From: Macrostomum lignano | Taxonomy: Eukaryota | Reading direction: 5' to 3' | DNA length: 64,000 bases | Assembly: GCA_002269645.1 (NCBI GenBank) | Contig: NIVC01000158.1 | Coordinates: forward strand, 620,001-684,000 | Shown here: positions 32,159 through 47,248 of the stretch, piece by piece | Numbering within the stretch: position 1 is the first letter of the stretch | Layout of the letters: every line of letters starts with the position of its first letter | Translations under genes and position numbers: made by a program | Notes under the pieces: generated by a model | The model's database searches: none | What the model saw: the letters and a program-made list of their open reading frames with translations, nothing else | What the model was told of the DNA's origin: nothing

Positions 32159-35100
32159 TCACACCGCTAGCAGGTCACCCTCGCCGAGTGCCGACTGGGG
32201 CGAGCTGACGCCGCTCTCCGCGTCCTCGTCCTTCGCCGCCGATGTTGTCGTCTCCGTCGTTGTCGTAGTCGTCACGGACGAAGGCAGCAGAGGCGGCGGC
32301 GGAGGCGTGGAAGCGGACGATGAGTCAGCTGGAGCCGCCTCTCCGACCGGCGCCGCAGGCTTCAGGCGGGCCCGCACAGCCGCCAGCCGCGACTTCACTT
32401 TGGCATCGGTGGAGTCGTCAGACACATTGGTGGAGGAATTGGACACGTCAGCGAGAGACGTCGACGGAGTCAGCAGCGTGTTCTGGCTGCCGCTGCGTCT
32501 GGCGAGGATCTCCGCCGCTTTTGTGCCTTTGAGACGGTCGGCCAGAACGGCCAGGTCGGCTGGCGACTGCGGAGACTGCTGCTTCAGCTCGGCTTCCAGC
32601 ACCGTCGGTGGCATCGACACGGTCATCGATGCGTCACCGGTTGGCGAGGTGGTCGCTGCCGCAGCCGCAGCCGCTGCCTCTGCTGCCGATGAAGCAGCGG
32701 CGTTGGCCGCTCCGGCTGCGGCGAAGGCGGCGGCTGCGGAGGCGGCCGGCTTGACGCGGTGCATGATCGCCTCGAGGCGACGGCGCCGCTCCTGGCGAGC
32801 GGCCTCCTCGGCTGCCAGCTTCTCGGCCAGGGCCGCTTCTTCTCGTTCGCGAGCCTCCTTGGCGGCCTGGGCCTCCTAAAATGTGAATTACCCAGAATGT
32901 ACCGACAGGCCTCACTGAAGATTCAGCTTACAGGCTAGAGGGGGGGGGGGTAAGCAGGAGCTGACGAGGGAGATCGGGCACGAACCTGTCGCAGGCGCTC
33001 CTCCTCCGCACACCTCCGCTCCTCGGCCTCGGCAGCTGCTGCCTGCTCAGCCGCTTCCTGAGCCGCCCGCTCCGCCTCTTCGCGCCGACGCTGCTCCTCG
33101 GCGCGTCGCCGCCGGAACTCCTCTTCAGCGCGGCGGCGCTCCTCCTCGGCGAGGCGCTCCGCTTCGAGCTTCTCCCGGTGCAGCCGACGCTGCTCTTCAA
33201 AACGGCGTTTCGCCTCCTTAGCCGCTGCTGCGGCCGCCGCCTCTTCCTCAGAGTTCGACTCGGCCACGGGGGCGATGGTTGCCGGGGCAACCACGGATCG
33301 TCGCTGCGGCAGCTCGGACACGGACTGCGCCTTCGGCAGGGCCAGCTGGGTTGGTCGAATTGAGCGCGGCTGATTTGTGGGAACACCGACCAGGGAAGTC
33401 GACATGACAGCCGCGGGGGCGGCTCCGGTCTCGTGCGTTGCAGAGTTGTTGGCCTGAATTTCGAAGTTCGGGGCGTTGAAATTGTATTATTAAGCTCTTC
33501 TAGCTTTATTGGTTCATTCAAATGGCTCACCTTGGCCTTTTTAGCCGAAGGCAGCTCAACCATGGATTTCGTCATCAGTGGAGCCGCCGGCGAGCGCTGG
33601 CGACTGGACGCGCTCGCACGTTGAGGCGCCGCCGACGAAGGCGTCTTTTGCGGCTTAGGGGGAGATCGTTTCAGCGCCGCCTGCGCTGGGGAATCTGCGG
33701 CCTGGGCCGGCGTTCGAGGCTGCGCAAGTCGGCTGAGCCGTTCCGCGTTCGGCGCCTTCGGTCGGCGCTTAGCGACTGCGAGATGAGTTTTAAGGGTGTT
33801 TAGTTTGTAAAGACTCGAGTCACTTGTACTGACCCTCCTGCTCCTATGTAGGGAAACCAAGATTTATCCATGATCATGTGCTCAAATCGGCCTAACCCCC
33901 ACTGGCTCACGTTTGAGCTGCGAGTTAAACACAGGGCCGGAGTTGCAACCACTCACAAGCTGTGCACAGGTTTGTTGTCTGCCATATCTGGAGCCACACG
34001 GGGCCTGACGAGGTCCTCGAGTCCTCGTGAACAATGCTAATGAATGCTACTGTCCTAAGTGCTACGAATCAAACTTGACGCAAACAAGCAAATTTCGTAG
34101 AAATTTTTCTCACCAACTGCTTCTTGAGCCGACGAAGACTTTGCTGACGTCGACGACGTTGTTGACAGCTGACTGTCGCGCAGTGAAGCCGGCCGAGGAC
34201 TCGGCGCGGATCCCACAGTCGCGGCCGGACGCCTCAAGCGGACGGCGCCGCTGCTGGCGCCGCTGAGCTCCAGGCTGCTGCTGGCCGAGGCTGCCGGATG
34301 GTGTCGATCGGCGGTTCGCGGTTTCGGAACTGTCATTGTTGGGTTCGAGGGGGCATTTTTGGTCAGTGCTTTTGCCAGGAAATTTGCCCCAAACCCCCAA
34401 AAAAGCAGTAGACAAAGTAGCAACTGAAACTACACAGAAAAAAGCTAAGAACCAATGCGATTTATTTTGCACTTTTGGTTACCATAGAAACAAAAAAAAC
34501 ATATTCAGCTGCGAGATGATTCTGTCCATCCCGCTGACTCCTGAGCATAGGGTGTACAGCGGCCCTGGCTTTCTAATCGTCAGGCATGTGCACTCTCTGT
34601 GTCTTAGGATAAGCCCCAAATTAATGTGGCTGTGCACGCGGAATCGAACTTGGCGGGGGGGGATCGAGGCTTGAGAAGCTGCTCTACCCCGACGATAGAC
34701 CCTATTGTTATGAGGGTTGTAGCCCTCGTGGTTGGAGCGTCGGACTCACGATTTGAAGGTCGGGGGTTCGATTCTCGACCCCACTCGGAACAATTTGTAT
34801 CCTTGAGTAAGACACTTAACTTAACATTGCCCAGCTGTAAAATGGGTGCCAGTATTAGCTGGGGTAATTCAAGGTGTGTGGCGAACCCCCCTCCCCAGCA
34901 ATAGCTGCGGCTGAGCTGTCGGTTGCACATCTGGCCCAATTGGGGCAGGTGTAATCAATAAATAATAAAATTTATTATTATTATGAAAACCAAAAGTAAA
35001 CAAAATCTTCCGATAGTCAACGGTTCAAAAGAGTTCAAAGAGCACACAAGTATTCGGGGCCATACGGGGCATGGACTGGGCTCCTGTTGCTGGCAAATTG

Positions 35101-38100
35101 GCGCCGTCTTCTCCCTCATCTGACGCCCCATCTTGCTGCAGGCCTGTCAGATTGTACAGAGAACTAAGCAAGCTTTTTTCGTTTCATATTCACAACGAAT
35201 TTAGCCTTCATAAGGGTGAACGGATTAATAGGATTATGATGTAACCACGCTCTGGTCGCGGGATAGGGCATGGGAACTTTTTCGAAAGTGCCTCCTATCC
35301 CGTGCACCCTCTGCACAGAGCTGTCGAGACTCGGCCAGGTCTCCGACCGGGCCTGGAGACTCCCGCTCTGCTGCACCCCTCCTGCTGCCTTGGTCCCGTC
35401 TCTCCTGCCGCCACACCTGCCTTTCCGGAGCCCCTACCCCTTTCTGTACCTCCCCCTCTACCCTATCTCTTCTGTTCCCGCCCTATTCTTCCTGTACTTT
35501 CTCTACCTCCTCCTTTTTTTGTCTCCCTCTGCACTCTTTTCCTGCGCTGTCCCCTCTTTCCCTGTGTCTACTTACAGTACTTTGTGTGCTCACCGTCTCC
35601 CCATCCCCTCTCAAACTCCCAAACGGTGACGCAAGTCGTGTGACCCCTTCTCCCCCTCGGTGACTCATCGATGACTCATCCCCCTCTCTTGCGCAACCTT
35701 TTCTCACGCTATTGTTCTCCTTCCCAAATTTCTCATGTGACACCCACCCCACCTCCGCTTCTATTGTTCTCGTTTTTGCTTCTTTTGTTCTCTCGACCCC
35801 CACCAATTATCACATTTTCTCCGATTTTCTCTTTCTTTTGTTCTCGTTTTCGCACCTAATTATCACCTTTTCTCCAATGTTTACTTTTCCATTGTTCTCA
35901 GTTTTCCCCAATTATCCCCGATTTCCAATTCCTTTGTTCTCGACCCCAGCCCTATTGTTCTCAATGTTTGCTTGCGCAACACTTTCGCGACCACCCGCTG
36001 CGCCAATTATCCCCCCACCCCACCTCCGGATTGCGCAATTTCCCGATTTCTCATGTTGCTATGCCGGTCTCATGCTTCTCATCATGACTCATTCTGACGT
36101 CATTCTGCCGGCAGCCAATCAGAGAGAGGGAGCCATGGTAACGACCTTGAGGAGGCGGCTGTGAGGTCTATAAAAGGAAGCGATTTCGGCATGAGAATAC
36201 TCAACTGAGTTTATCTCTGTTCCTCTCCTCGTCCTTCTTTGGACTTGCTGTCAGATTGAGTTCTGACCCATTCGTCTATAAGACGAATCCCTGCCGGTCC
36301 GCGGTCTGTTACCGCCAAGTTATCCTTAGCTCCCCAAGTGAGCTCGCCTATCGGCCAGCGGTCTGATACCGCCCAGCATCATCAGCATCGCCTGATCTAC
36401 ATCAGCGCCTCGTCGCTCCAGCGCATCGCCGCTTCACCGTCTGCCTGACTGCAGCCTACAGCCGCCCTCGGTCACTCCGCCTCTCTCTCTCTCTGTGCAG
36501 CTGCCGGTAAGTTCCTACTACTAATTTGTGCTCTAATTGCCTTTGCTTATCCGGGGTTTGCCTATTTTCCATTGTCTGATTAGAGAGCTGAGCCAATTGT
36601 GATACCGTATCTTTTGCTGTATTTTACTCAATAGTGAAGCCGCCTAATTGCCTGCTTATTTGCCTAAGGGCCTAATTATTAACTATTAACTAACTTCATC
36701 ATTATTCAATCTTTCACCATCATTTCACTCATGGCTTGCTAAGCCTTTCTCCCGGGGTGGCAAAGCATAAGGAAGTTTGGGTAAGCTAATGGCCTCTCCC
36801 CGTGCAAAGCCCGCCTGTGAGTGCGTGCTGCGGGGCCGCGTGTGCGTGCAGTAGAGGGATTAGCGAGTCTTGGCACAGAATGGCAGTAGGAAGGTTGCAA
36901 CCCCATGCTAACGCGTCCCTTCGCCCTGAGCAATCTAAACTGTAGACAGTACATGTTCGCCTCATACTACTCTTAGTAATCAAAGTCGCAAGTCAGCCTC
37001 GCTCACAGCCACAAAGGATCCCCTGCTGAGAAATCCTCCAGGATTGAGCCCAGAGTTCCCGATCATGCCCCAAGCAGAGTCCCTGTACTCGGCTGCATGC
37101 GTCTCCCCTGTTAGCCTAAATCCCCTGGTAACCAATCCAGGCGGGGCTCTAGCCTCGAGAGGTCTGGTAGAAAGATCCAGGTGCGCCAGGTCACATAGAG
37201 TGGTGGCAACCACTCGGTCATACCATGACCGAGTGACCAACTATTGCACCTTGGCTACAGGTGGGGTCCATGTGGGTCCTTGGCCCTCTGGTCACGAAGC
37301 GCTACCAAAGCTACTAATCATGTGGGCGGGACAGTCTGGTGCTGGAGGTCCGTCAGGTCATTGCCCGGTCATAGGCAGCCTACGGTCATTGCCCCCTCTA
37401 GCCATGCGTTCGTCTCTCTACGGAGCGGACAGGCGACAAGGGCGGTTACATCAATTACCGCTTTTTGGATTAAATAAAGGTAAAACTAGGCTAAGCAGTT
37501 GGGTCAAGAGAAATAGGAAGAAGGAGAAAAAATAATCCCCCCACCCCAGCAGAAACTTTCCCTTCGCCCAACTTCCACCCGAGCAGAACAGGCGCTGCCC
37601 GCATCCGGCACGGTCTCGCGCGGCGCTAAGCTGTATAAGCCACGTAAGAGGGATGAGTCAGCGCGTTAGCGACAATGCATTCAAATCGCTCTCTTGAAGA
37701 AGCAAGTTGAGAATGCAGAGCGTCTATTGGGGCTGGGGCATTGTTTCGGATATGGCGAGGGGCGGAGGCACTCAGAATGCGACACGAGCTCTGGATCTGG
37801 AGAGTTGGAGACCCAACATGCAGACAACGACTTTGAAAGCACGCCAACTTATAACTCGCATGCGTGCGGGTATTGTAGTGTCAGTCAGACTGACAGACCG
37901 CTAAACTCAATGCTTTTAGTGTATGGCGGAGCGTATGTTTAGACTTATAAAAACTTTATAGCTTGGGTTTATGACCAGCGTATTAGTACATACACGTGGC
38001 TATGCGTTGCAATGACTCATTGTGGCATTGTAAACCTGACACCAACTTGACACTGTATAGGGGTATGTGCTGGCGCCCCTTGGTGCTGGCGCCCCTTGGT

Positions 38101-41100
38101 GCTGGCGCCCCTTGGTGCTGGCGCCCCTTGGTGCTGGCGCCCCTTGGTGCTGGCGCCCCTTGGTGCTGGCGCCCCTTGGTGCTAAAGCCCCTTGGTGCTA
38201 AAGCCCCTTGGTGCTGGCGCCCCTTGGTGCTGGCGCCCCTTGGTGCTGGCGCCCCTTGGTGCTGGCGCCCCTGAAACTTTGAATTTCTTTAAAAGAATCT
38301 CTAGTTAATCTATGCCTGTTATTTCTTGAGAAAAGCATTCGCATCAGTAGCGAGATCTGCTATCTCGTTAACCTGACTAGCAGTAGTAAGGCCACTTCAC
38401 GCTCGCTATAAGAGCCTACCGAACCCATTTAGAAGTTACGCAACGCTCAGTTCAATTCAGATATGAGTAGACAGACCACTCTAGAATCTAACCTTATCTC
38501 CTTCGACTGCAGTCATGGCTTCGACCAGACTTAATGGTCCAGTAATCACTTACTCTGCGCCCGCACACACCCTTTCCAATACGCCTTCCGGAGTCGCAAC
38601 CCCGCTTGTTAATGACGAAGGAAAGGGTAATGAATGCTTCATGGTTGCCACTGCATTTTCCTTGATCTAAGCTACCTGAGAGTGGATTATACAGCAGCTT
38701 TATTCAGACTTAAGTATCCATATTTTAAGACCCGTTTTATACCAACAGGTCAGGTGTTAAGCTGACAAGCCAGCTAGCTATTTGCATTTTCGCCATTTCC
38801 CGGAGCAGCTTTAGAATGAGTCAGCAGCAGTGAATGAGTTCCCCCTGTGCGTGACTGCAAAGCTCAGCTGACTGTGTGAGGAGAGAAAAGGGGAGAAAAC
38901 AAACAGCACCTCGAATCAAATTTCGTTTGCCAATAAAACCTCTACTCCCAACCAACTTTGGTTTCCTTCCCATGTTGGATCCACTAAATATCCTCTGGGG
39001 AAGGAAGGTTAAAAACTTTTCTGTGCCAGCTCCAACAGCTAAAAATCATAGAAGGTGATCCAATCTATCTGATCCAATCTATCTGATCCAATCTATCTGA
39101 TCCAATCTATCTGATCCAATCTATCTGATCCAATCTATCTGATCCAATCTATCTGATCCAATCTATCTGATCCAATCTATCTGATCCAATCTATCTGATC
39201 CAATCTATCTGATCCAATCTATCTGATCCAATCTATCTGATCCAATCTATCTGATCCAATCTATCTGATCCAATCTATCTGATCCAATCTATCTGATCCA
39301 ATCTATCTGATCCAATCTATCTGATCCAATCTATCTGATCCAATCTATCTGATCCAATCTATCTGATCCAATCTATCTGATCCAATCTATCTGATATAAT
39401 CTATCTGATCCAATCTATCTGATCCAATCTATCTGATCCAATCTATCTGATATAATCTATCTGATCCAATCTATCTGATATAATATATCTGATCCAATCT
39501 ATCTGATCCAATCTATCTGATCCAATCTATCTGATCCAATCCATCTGATCCAATCTATCTGATCCAATCTATCTGATCCAATCTATCTGATCCAATCTAT
39601 CTGATCCAATCTATCTGATCCAATCTATCTGATCCAATCTATCTGATCCAATCTATCTGATCCAATCTATCTGATCCAATCTATCTGATCCAATCTATCT
39701 GATCCAATCTATCTGATATAATCTATCTGATCCAATCTATCTGATATAATCTATCTGATCCAATCTATCTGATCCAATCTATCTGATCCAATCTATCTGA
39801 TCCAATCTATCTGATCCAATCTATCTGATCCAATCTATCTGATCCAATCTATCTGATCCAATCTATCTGATCCAATCTATCTGATCCAATCTATCTGATC
39901 CAATCTATCTGATCCAATCTATCTGATCCAATCTATCTGATCCAATCTATCTGATATAATCTATCTGATCCAATCTATCTGATATAATCTATCTGATCCA
40001 ATCTATCTGATCCAATCTATCTGATCCAATCTATCTGATCCAATCTATCTGATCCAATCTATCTGATCCAATCCATCTGATCCAATCTATCTGATCCAAT
40101 CTATCTGATCCAATCTATCTGATCCAATCTATCTGATCCAATCTATCTGATCCAATCTATCTGATCCAATCTATCTGATCCAATCTATCTGATCCAATCT
40201 ATCTGATCCAATCTATCTGATCCAATAAAGCAGGGGTGGGCAAGCTCGGAGAGAGACGAGGAGAGATGAGAGGAGAGAAAAGAGAGAAGAGGGGAGAGAG
40301 AGGAGAGAACTTAGAAGAGAGCTGAGAAGAGGCACAAACCTGCAATAAAGCATTAAGCAGGTGTCAATTCATTAGCATTGCTTACCTGATGCCTTTGACT
40401 GCTTCATAGCCTCACATTACTTTTGCTAAAAATACTGTTTAGTATGGGAAACTTGTCACGGCTCCTAAAGTGAAAGCGCTCGGGCCAGAGTTGGAGGGGA
40501 GACACTGCGAAGAAAGTTTTAGCATTTTTCTACCCTTTTTTTAAAAAGAAGCATTCGATATGCGAGCTCGTATGCAAGCATTGCTCGAGAAATGTTTGCA
40601 ACACAGACAGACAGAACAGCCGTGTTATTACGGTATTGGTTTATTTTAAGCATATAAAATATAAAATATCGCTTATCTCATTTCTTCCGTGTGAGGACTT
40701 CGGCGATAATGCCTTTGTTTCTTTTCTACAAGACCGAATACCAGAAACTCATCTGCACCCCCCTCAAGGATCTCATCCGCCCCGAAAAGGATTTCATCCG
40801 CCCCGAAAAGGATCTCATCCGCCCCGAAAAGGATTTCATCCGCCCCGAAAAGGATCTCATCCGCCCCGAAAAGGATTTCATCCGCCCCGAAAAGGATTTC
40901 ATCCGCCCCGAAAAGGATTTCATCCGCCCCGAAAAGGATCTCATCCGCCCCGAAAAGGATTTCATCCGCCCCAAAAAAAGGATTTCATCCGCCCCGAAAA
41001 GGATCTCATCCGCCCCGAAAAGGATCTCATCCGCCCCGAAAAGGATCTCATCCGCCCCAAAAAAAGGATTTCATCCGCCCCGAAAAGGATCTCATCCGCC

Positions 41101-42508
41101 CCGAAAAGGATTTCATCCGCCCCGAAAAGAATCTCATCCGCCCCGAAAAGGATTTCATCCGCCCCGAAAAGGATCTCATCCGCCCCGAAAAGGATCTCAT
41201 CCGCCCATAAAAAGGAACTCATCCACCCCTCAAACTCATCCGCCCCCCCTCAAACTCATCCGCCCCCAAAGGAACTCATCCGCCCCCAAACTCATCTGCC
41301 CCCCCCTCAAACTCATCCGCCCCCCTCAAACTCACCCGCCCCCCTCAAACTCATCCGCCCCCAAACTCATCCGCCCCCCCCTCAAACTCATCCGCCCCCC
41401 TCAAACTCATCCGCCCCCCCTCAAACTCATCCACCCCCCCTCAAACTCATCCGCCCCCCCTCAAACTCATCCGCCCCCCCAAACTCATCCGCCCCCCTCA
41501 AACTCATCCGCCCCCTCATCCGCCCCCCTCAAACTCATCCGCCCCCCTCAAACTCATCCGCCCCCCCTAAAACTCATTCGCCCCCCTCCAAACTCATCTG
41601 CCCCCCCCTCAAACTCATCCGCCCCCCCTCAAACTCATCCGCCCCCCCTCAAACTCATCCGCCCCCCCCTCAAACTCATCCGCCCCCCCTCAAACTCATC
41701 CGCCCCCCTCAAACTCATCCGCCCCCAAACTCATCTGCCCACCCCCCTAAAAAACTCATCCGCCCCCCCTCAAACTCATCCGCCCCCCTCAAACTCATCC
41801 GCCCCCTCAAACTCATCCGCCCCCCTCTCCAAACTCATCCGCCCCCCTCAAACTCATCCGCCCCCCTAAAACTCATTCGCCCCCTCCAAACTCATCCGCC
41901 CCCCTAAAACTCATTCGCCCCCCTCCAAACTCATCTGCCCCCCCTCCAAACTCATCCGCCCAGCCCCCAAACTCATCTGCCCCTCCTCCAAGCCAACAAA
42001 GCCTCACCGTCGCGGACGATGCAGCTGACAGCGCGCCTGTGCGAGCGCATGTGGGCGCTCTCTCCATCGCGACAGTCCTGGCCCCCGCCGCCGCCGCCGC
42101 CGCCGCTAGCTGACTGCGAGCGCAGCGCCGCCGGCTGAACAGTCTCGCAGACCTCTCTGGGCGTGCAGCTGCCGAAAGCGAACGGCATCCCAGTGCGACC
42201 TCGGCGTCGCTCCTGATGCTGCTGCTGCTGCTGGTCCTCCGGCTGCGAGCTCTCCGTTAGACGGCGCAGCAGGGCCACCCGGCGCTCCCGGTCCGCTTGC
42301 TCGAGTCGCTTCTTGCGCTCCTCGACAATTCGACGGCGCTCGGCGTCGCGTTGGCGCGCCTCCTCCGCCCGGCGCCGGCGCTCGGCCTCCTGACGCTGGC
42401 GGACCTCCTCGGCGATGCGCTGCGACTCCATCAGGTCGCGAACCCGGCGCCGGTGCTCCTCAGCCTGCAGCTGCCTGGCCAGACGGAGTTTCGCATCGCG
42501 CGGGGAGT
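32159..42508 (-). CDS. MAP7: MAP7/ensconsin-like microtubule-associated protein, partial. Exons 42508-42008, 34329-34114, 33775-33531, 33453-32986, 32875-32159. 5' exon uncertain (candidate 52947-52815).
   Basis: N-terminal E/R coiled coil KLRLARQ..AERRRIVEERKKRLEQ..RRVALLRR followed by FAFGSCTPRE; MAP7-domain-like EAKRRFEEQRRLHREK..ERRRRLEAIMHRVK. All five exons join GT-AG in phase. Confidence 0.72.
34545..34690 (-). mobile_element. SINE-like family 2, best-preserved copy
   Basis: Minus strand: GGTAGAGC..GTTCGATTCC (tRNA-like head), TTAATTTGGGGCT, GTGCACATGCCTGACGATTAGAAAGCCAGGGCCGCTGTACACCC. Confidence 0.68.
34712..34960 (+). mobile_element. tRNA-derived SINE, family 1
   Basis: GGTTCGATTCT B-box; TCCTTGAGTAAGACACTT..CCCAGCTGTAAAATGGGTGCCAG body; GCAGGTGTAAT tail. 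Confidence 0.85.
35655..36512 (+). promoter_or_regulatory. Putative Pol II enhancer/promoter with first non-coding exon, antisense within the MAP7-like intron
   Basis: TGACTCA x3, TTGCGCAA x3, TGACGTCA, CCAAT at 36115, TATAAAAG at 36169, GTAAGT donor at 36507. Confidence 0.45.
38066..38272. repeat. 16-bp minisatellite (GTGCTGGCGCCCCTTG)n
   Basis: About 13 copies read directly. Confidence 0.95.
39056..40225. repeat. 14-bp minisatellite (GATCCAATCTATCT)n
   Basis: About 83 copies, with an occasional GATATAAT variant. Confidence 0.97.
40765..41985. repeat. Compound minisatellite: 21-bp CTCATCCGCCCCGAAAAGGAT switching to ~20-bp CTCATCCGCCCCCCCTCAAA
   Basis: Read directly; abuts the GT donor at 42007. 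Confidence 0.95.
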
Positions 42509-42689
42509 CTGCAGGTGGATCAGTGATTGGCTGCTAGTAAATCCTGTAGTTGCATGAGCTCGAAATCTAACACTCTGTAGGGAGAATCTTGTTGGGGCGA
42601 ATCTCATAAAGGAGTGCGAAAATTACATTTTTAAACAGTTGAATTAATCCTATGAAACACAGGGGGAATGTCGAAGAGACTAGAGATTA

Positions 42690-43960
42690 ATCCTAAAATT
42701 CTAAGAAACAGAAGGTGAATCCAAGAATTCTAAGAAACAGGAGGTGAATGCTAGAATTCTAAGAAACAGGGAAGTGAATGCTAGAGTTCTAAGAAACAGG
42801 GAGGTGAATGCTAGAGTTCTAAGAAACAGGGAAGTGAATGCTAGAGTTCTAAGAAACAGGGAAATGAATGCTAGAACTCTAAGAAACAGGGAGGTGAATG
42901 CTAGAGTTCTAAGAAACAGGGAGGTGAATGCTAGAATTCTAAGAAACAGGGAAGTGAATGCTAGAATTCTAAGAAACAGGGAGGTGAATGCTAGAACTCT
43001 AAGGAACAGGGAAGTGAATGCTAGAATTCTAAGAAACAGGGAGGTGAATGCTAGAGTTCTAAGAAACAGGGAGGTGAATGCTAGAGTTCTAAGAAACAGG
43101 GAAGTGAATGCTAGAGTTCTAAGAAACAGGGAAATGAATGCTAGAACTCTAAGAAACAGGGAGGTGAATGCTAGAGTTCTAAGAAACAGGGAGGTGAATG
43201 CTAGAGTTCTAAGAAACAAGGAGGTGAATGCTAGAATTCTAAGAAACAGGGAAGTGAATGCTAGAACTCTAAGAAACAGGGAGGTGAATGCTAGAACTCT
43301 AAGAAACAGGGAGGTGAATGCTAGAACTCTAAGAAACAGGGAAGTGAATGCTAGAACTCTAAGAAACAGGGAGGTGAATGCTAGAACTCTAAGAAACAGG
43401 GAGGTGAATGCTAGAGTTCTAAGAAACAGGGAAGTGAATGCTAGAGTTCTAAGAAACAGGGATGTGAATGCTAGAATTCTAAGAAACAGGGAGGTGAATG
43501 TTAGAACTCTAAGAAACAGGGAGGTGAATGCTAGAATTCTAAGAAACAGGGAGGTGAATGCTAGAATTCTAAGAAACAGGGAGGTGAATGTTAGAACTCT
43601 AAGAAACAGGGAGGTGAATGCTAGAATTCTAAGAAACAGGGAGGTGAATGCTAGAATTCTAAGAAACAGGGAGGTGAATGCTAGAATTCTAAGAAATAGT
43701 GAGGTGAATGCTAGATTTCTAGGAAACAGGGAAGTAAATGCTAGAGTTCTAAGAAACAGGAGGTGAACCCTAGAACTCTAAGAAACAGGAGGTGAACCCT
43801 AGAACTCTAAGAAACAGGAGGTGAACCCTAGAACTCTAAGAAACAGGAGGTGAACCCTAGAACTCTAAGAAACAGGAGGTGAACCCTAGAACTCTAAGAA
43901 ACAGGATGTGAACCCTAGAACTCTAAGAAACAGGAGGTTAACCCTAGAACTCTAAGAAAC
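42690..43960. repeat. 30-bp minisatellite (CTAGAATTCTAAGAAACAGGGAGGTGAATG)n changing to a 29-bp variant after ~43760
   Basis: Read directly; source of the stop-free ARILRNREVN ORF. Confidence 0.96.
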
Positions 43961-45175
43961 ATAAATAAAATCCCCCGAAAGAGAGGAAGCCTTTAAAAAA
44001 ATCCGAAGAAATCCTGAGACCATCGGAAAATATTGAATAGTTTTAACTTTCAATTTTTTAAGTTTCAACCAACGGCAATCCTTTTTAAAAGTCTCCATGG
44101 AAACGGAGCCATTCTTGACAGTTTCGACTTGCAGCACAAGCCAGCAGTAGACACCCCAAGTTCAAGAAGCTTAATAGATTTTCCCTCAAGAGCAAACCGA
44201 CCAAGGATCGAAAATTGAAATTAGAAACAGGAAATCGAAACTCTTCCCCTAGGATGATACAGATGCTGCATCCATCCAGCATCCCTATGCCCATTAAGAC
44301 CAGTATTATGCAATAAGGCTCAGCCCTAGAACTCAATACATTGGCTGATAATAATTGAAACAGATCAGGCGGAGCTTAGGGTCTGGTGTACCAAACTAGC
44401 TCACCCATGGGCTTGATGCAGGCCCCTGTGTAGCCAAACTTACAGTTAATTGTTGAAGAATATCAAAAGCCTGGGCGTGAATTCAACCGATTTTGCTTTT
44501 ACAAAACTAGAGACGTTGACCTGCAGACTGAAAATGTGTGCTATCGAATTCGGAGTTTCAAAGCGCCAGATTTTAACAAAGTAACTAACTAAAATATAGC
44601 GACAGCCGCACACCCAACCTCCGCGGCAACTACCTTACCAACATTTCTGCCCCCCCCCCCACTTAGCCCCGGATCCCTGTAGGGAAAGCTTTCCCATTGG
44701 CGGTTCACTGCACCGTCGGTTGGGACTGGAGAAAAAGGTTGGGAGTGGAAGTAAAGGGAACTCTTGCTAAAGCCATAGACTATTAGACTACATTGTTGAG
44801 GCTATGGCTTTTTTTCCTATTGAGGCTCTCCTCACACAGCTCTTTGCTCAGACATTGCTACTCAAATTTGTGCGAGGAGAGAGTGAAGGAGAGCGAGATC
44901 GCCCAATCCGACTGTTCTGTCTTTATGGTGCATAGCAGTTTGACTTCCCTGGGCACACACGGCACTGACTGGGGTTTGGGAGTTATTTTAACAGCTGCAA
45001 CTGAGGGCCCAAGCACTTCAACCCTGATAGGCGAAGTCGGGCTGCTCAGTGGAGTGAGCGACTGTAGTGAGTGTAAGTGGGGAGTCGTGGCAGACATTCA
45101 CTGTCTGTGTAAAATTCCTTGGTGGGTAAGGATAAGACTATTAAGCACAATGGGAATCCGCCAGCTCTGAAGGGG

Positions 45176-47248
<2,073 letters not shown>

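Noticed and set aside
40636-41907. Pro-rich 390-420 aa ORFs
   Set aside because: Derived from the compound 21/20-bp satellite in the MAP7-like intron.
42744-43766. 340-aa ARILRNREVN repeat protein
   Set aside because: A 30-bp unit lacking stops in that frame; no unique flanking coding sequence or splice support.
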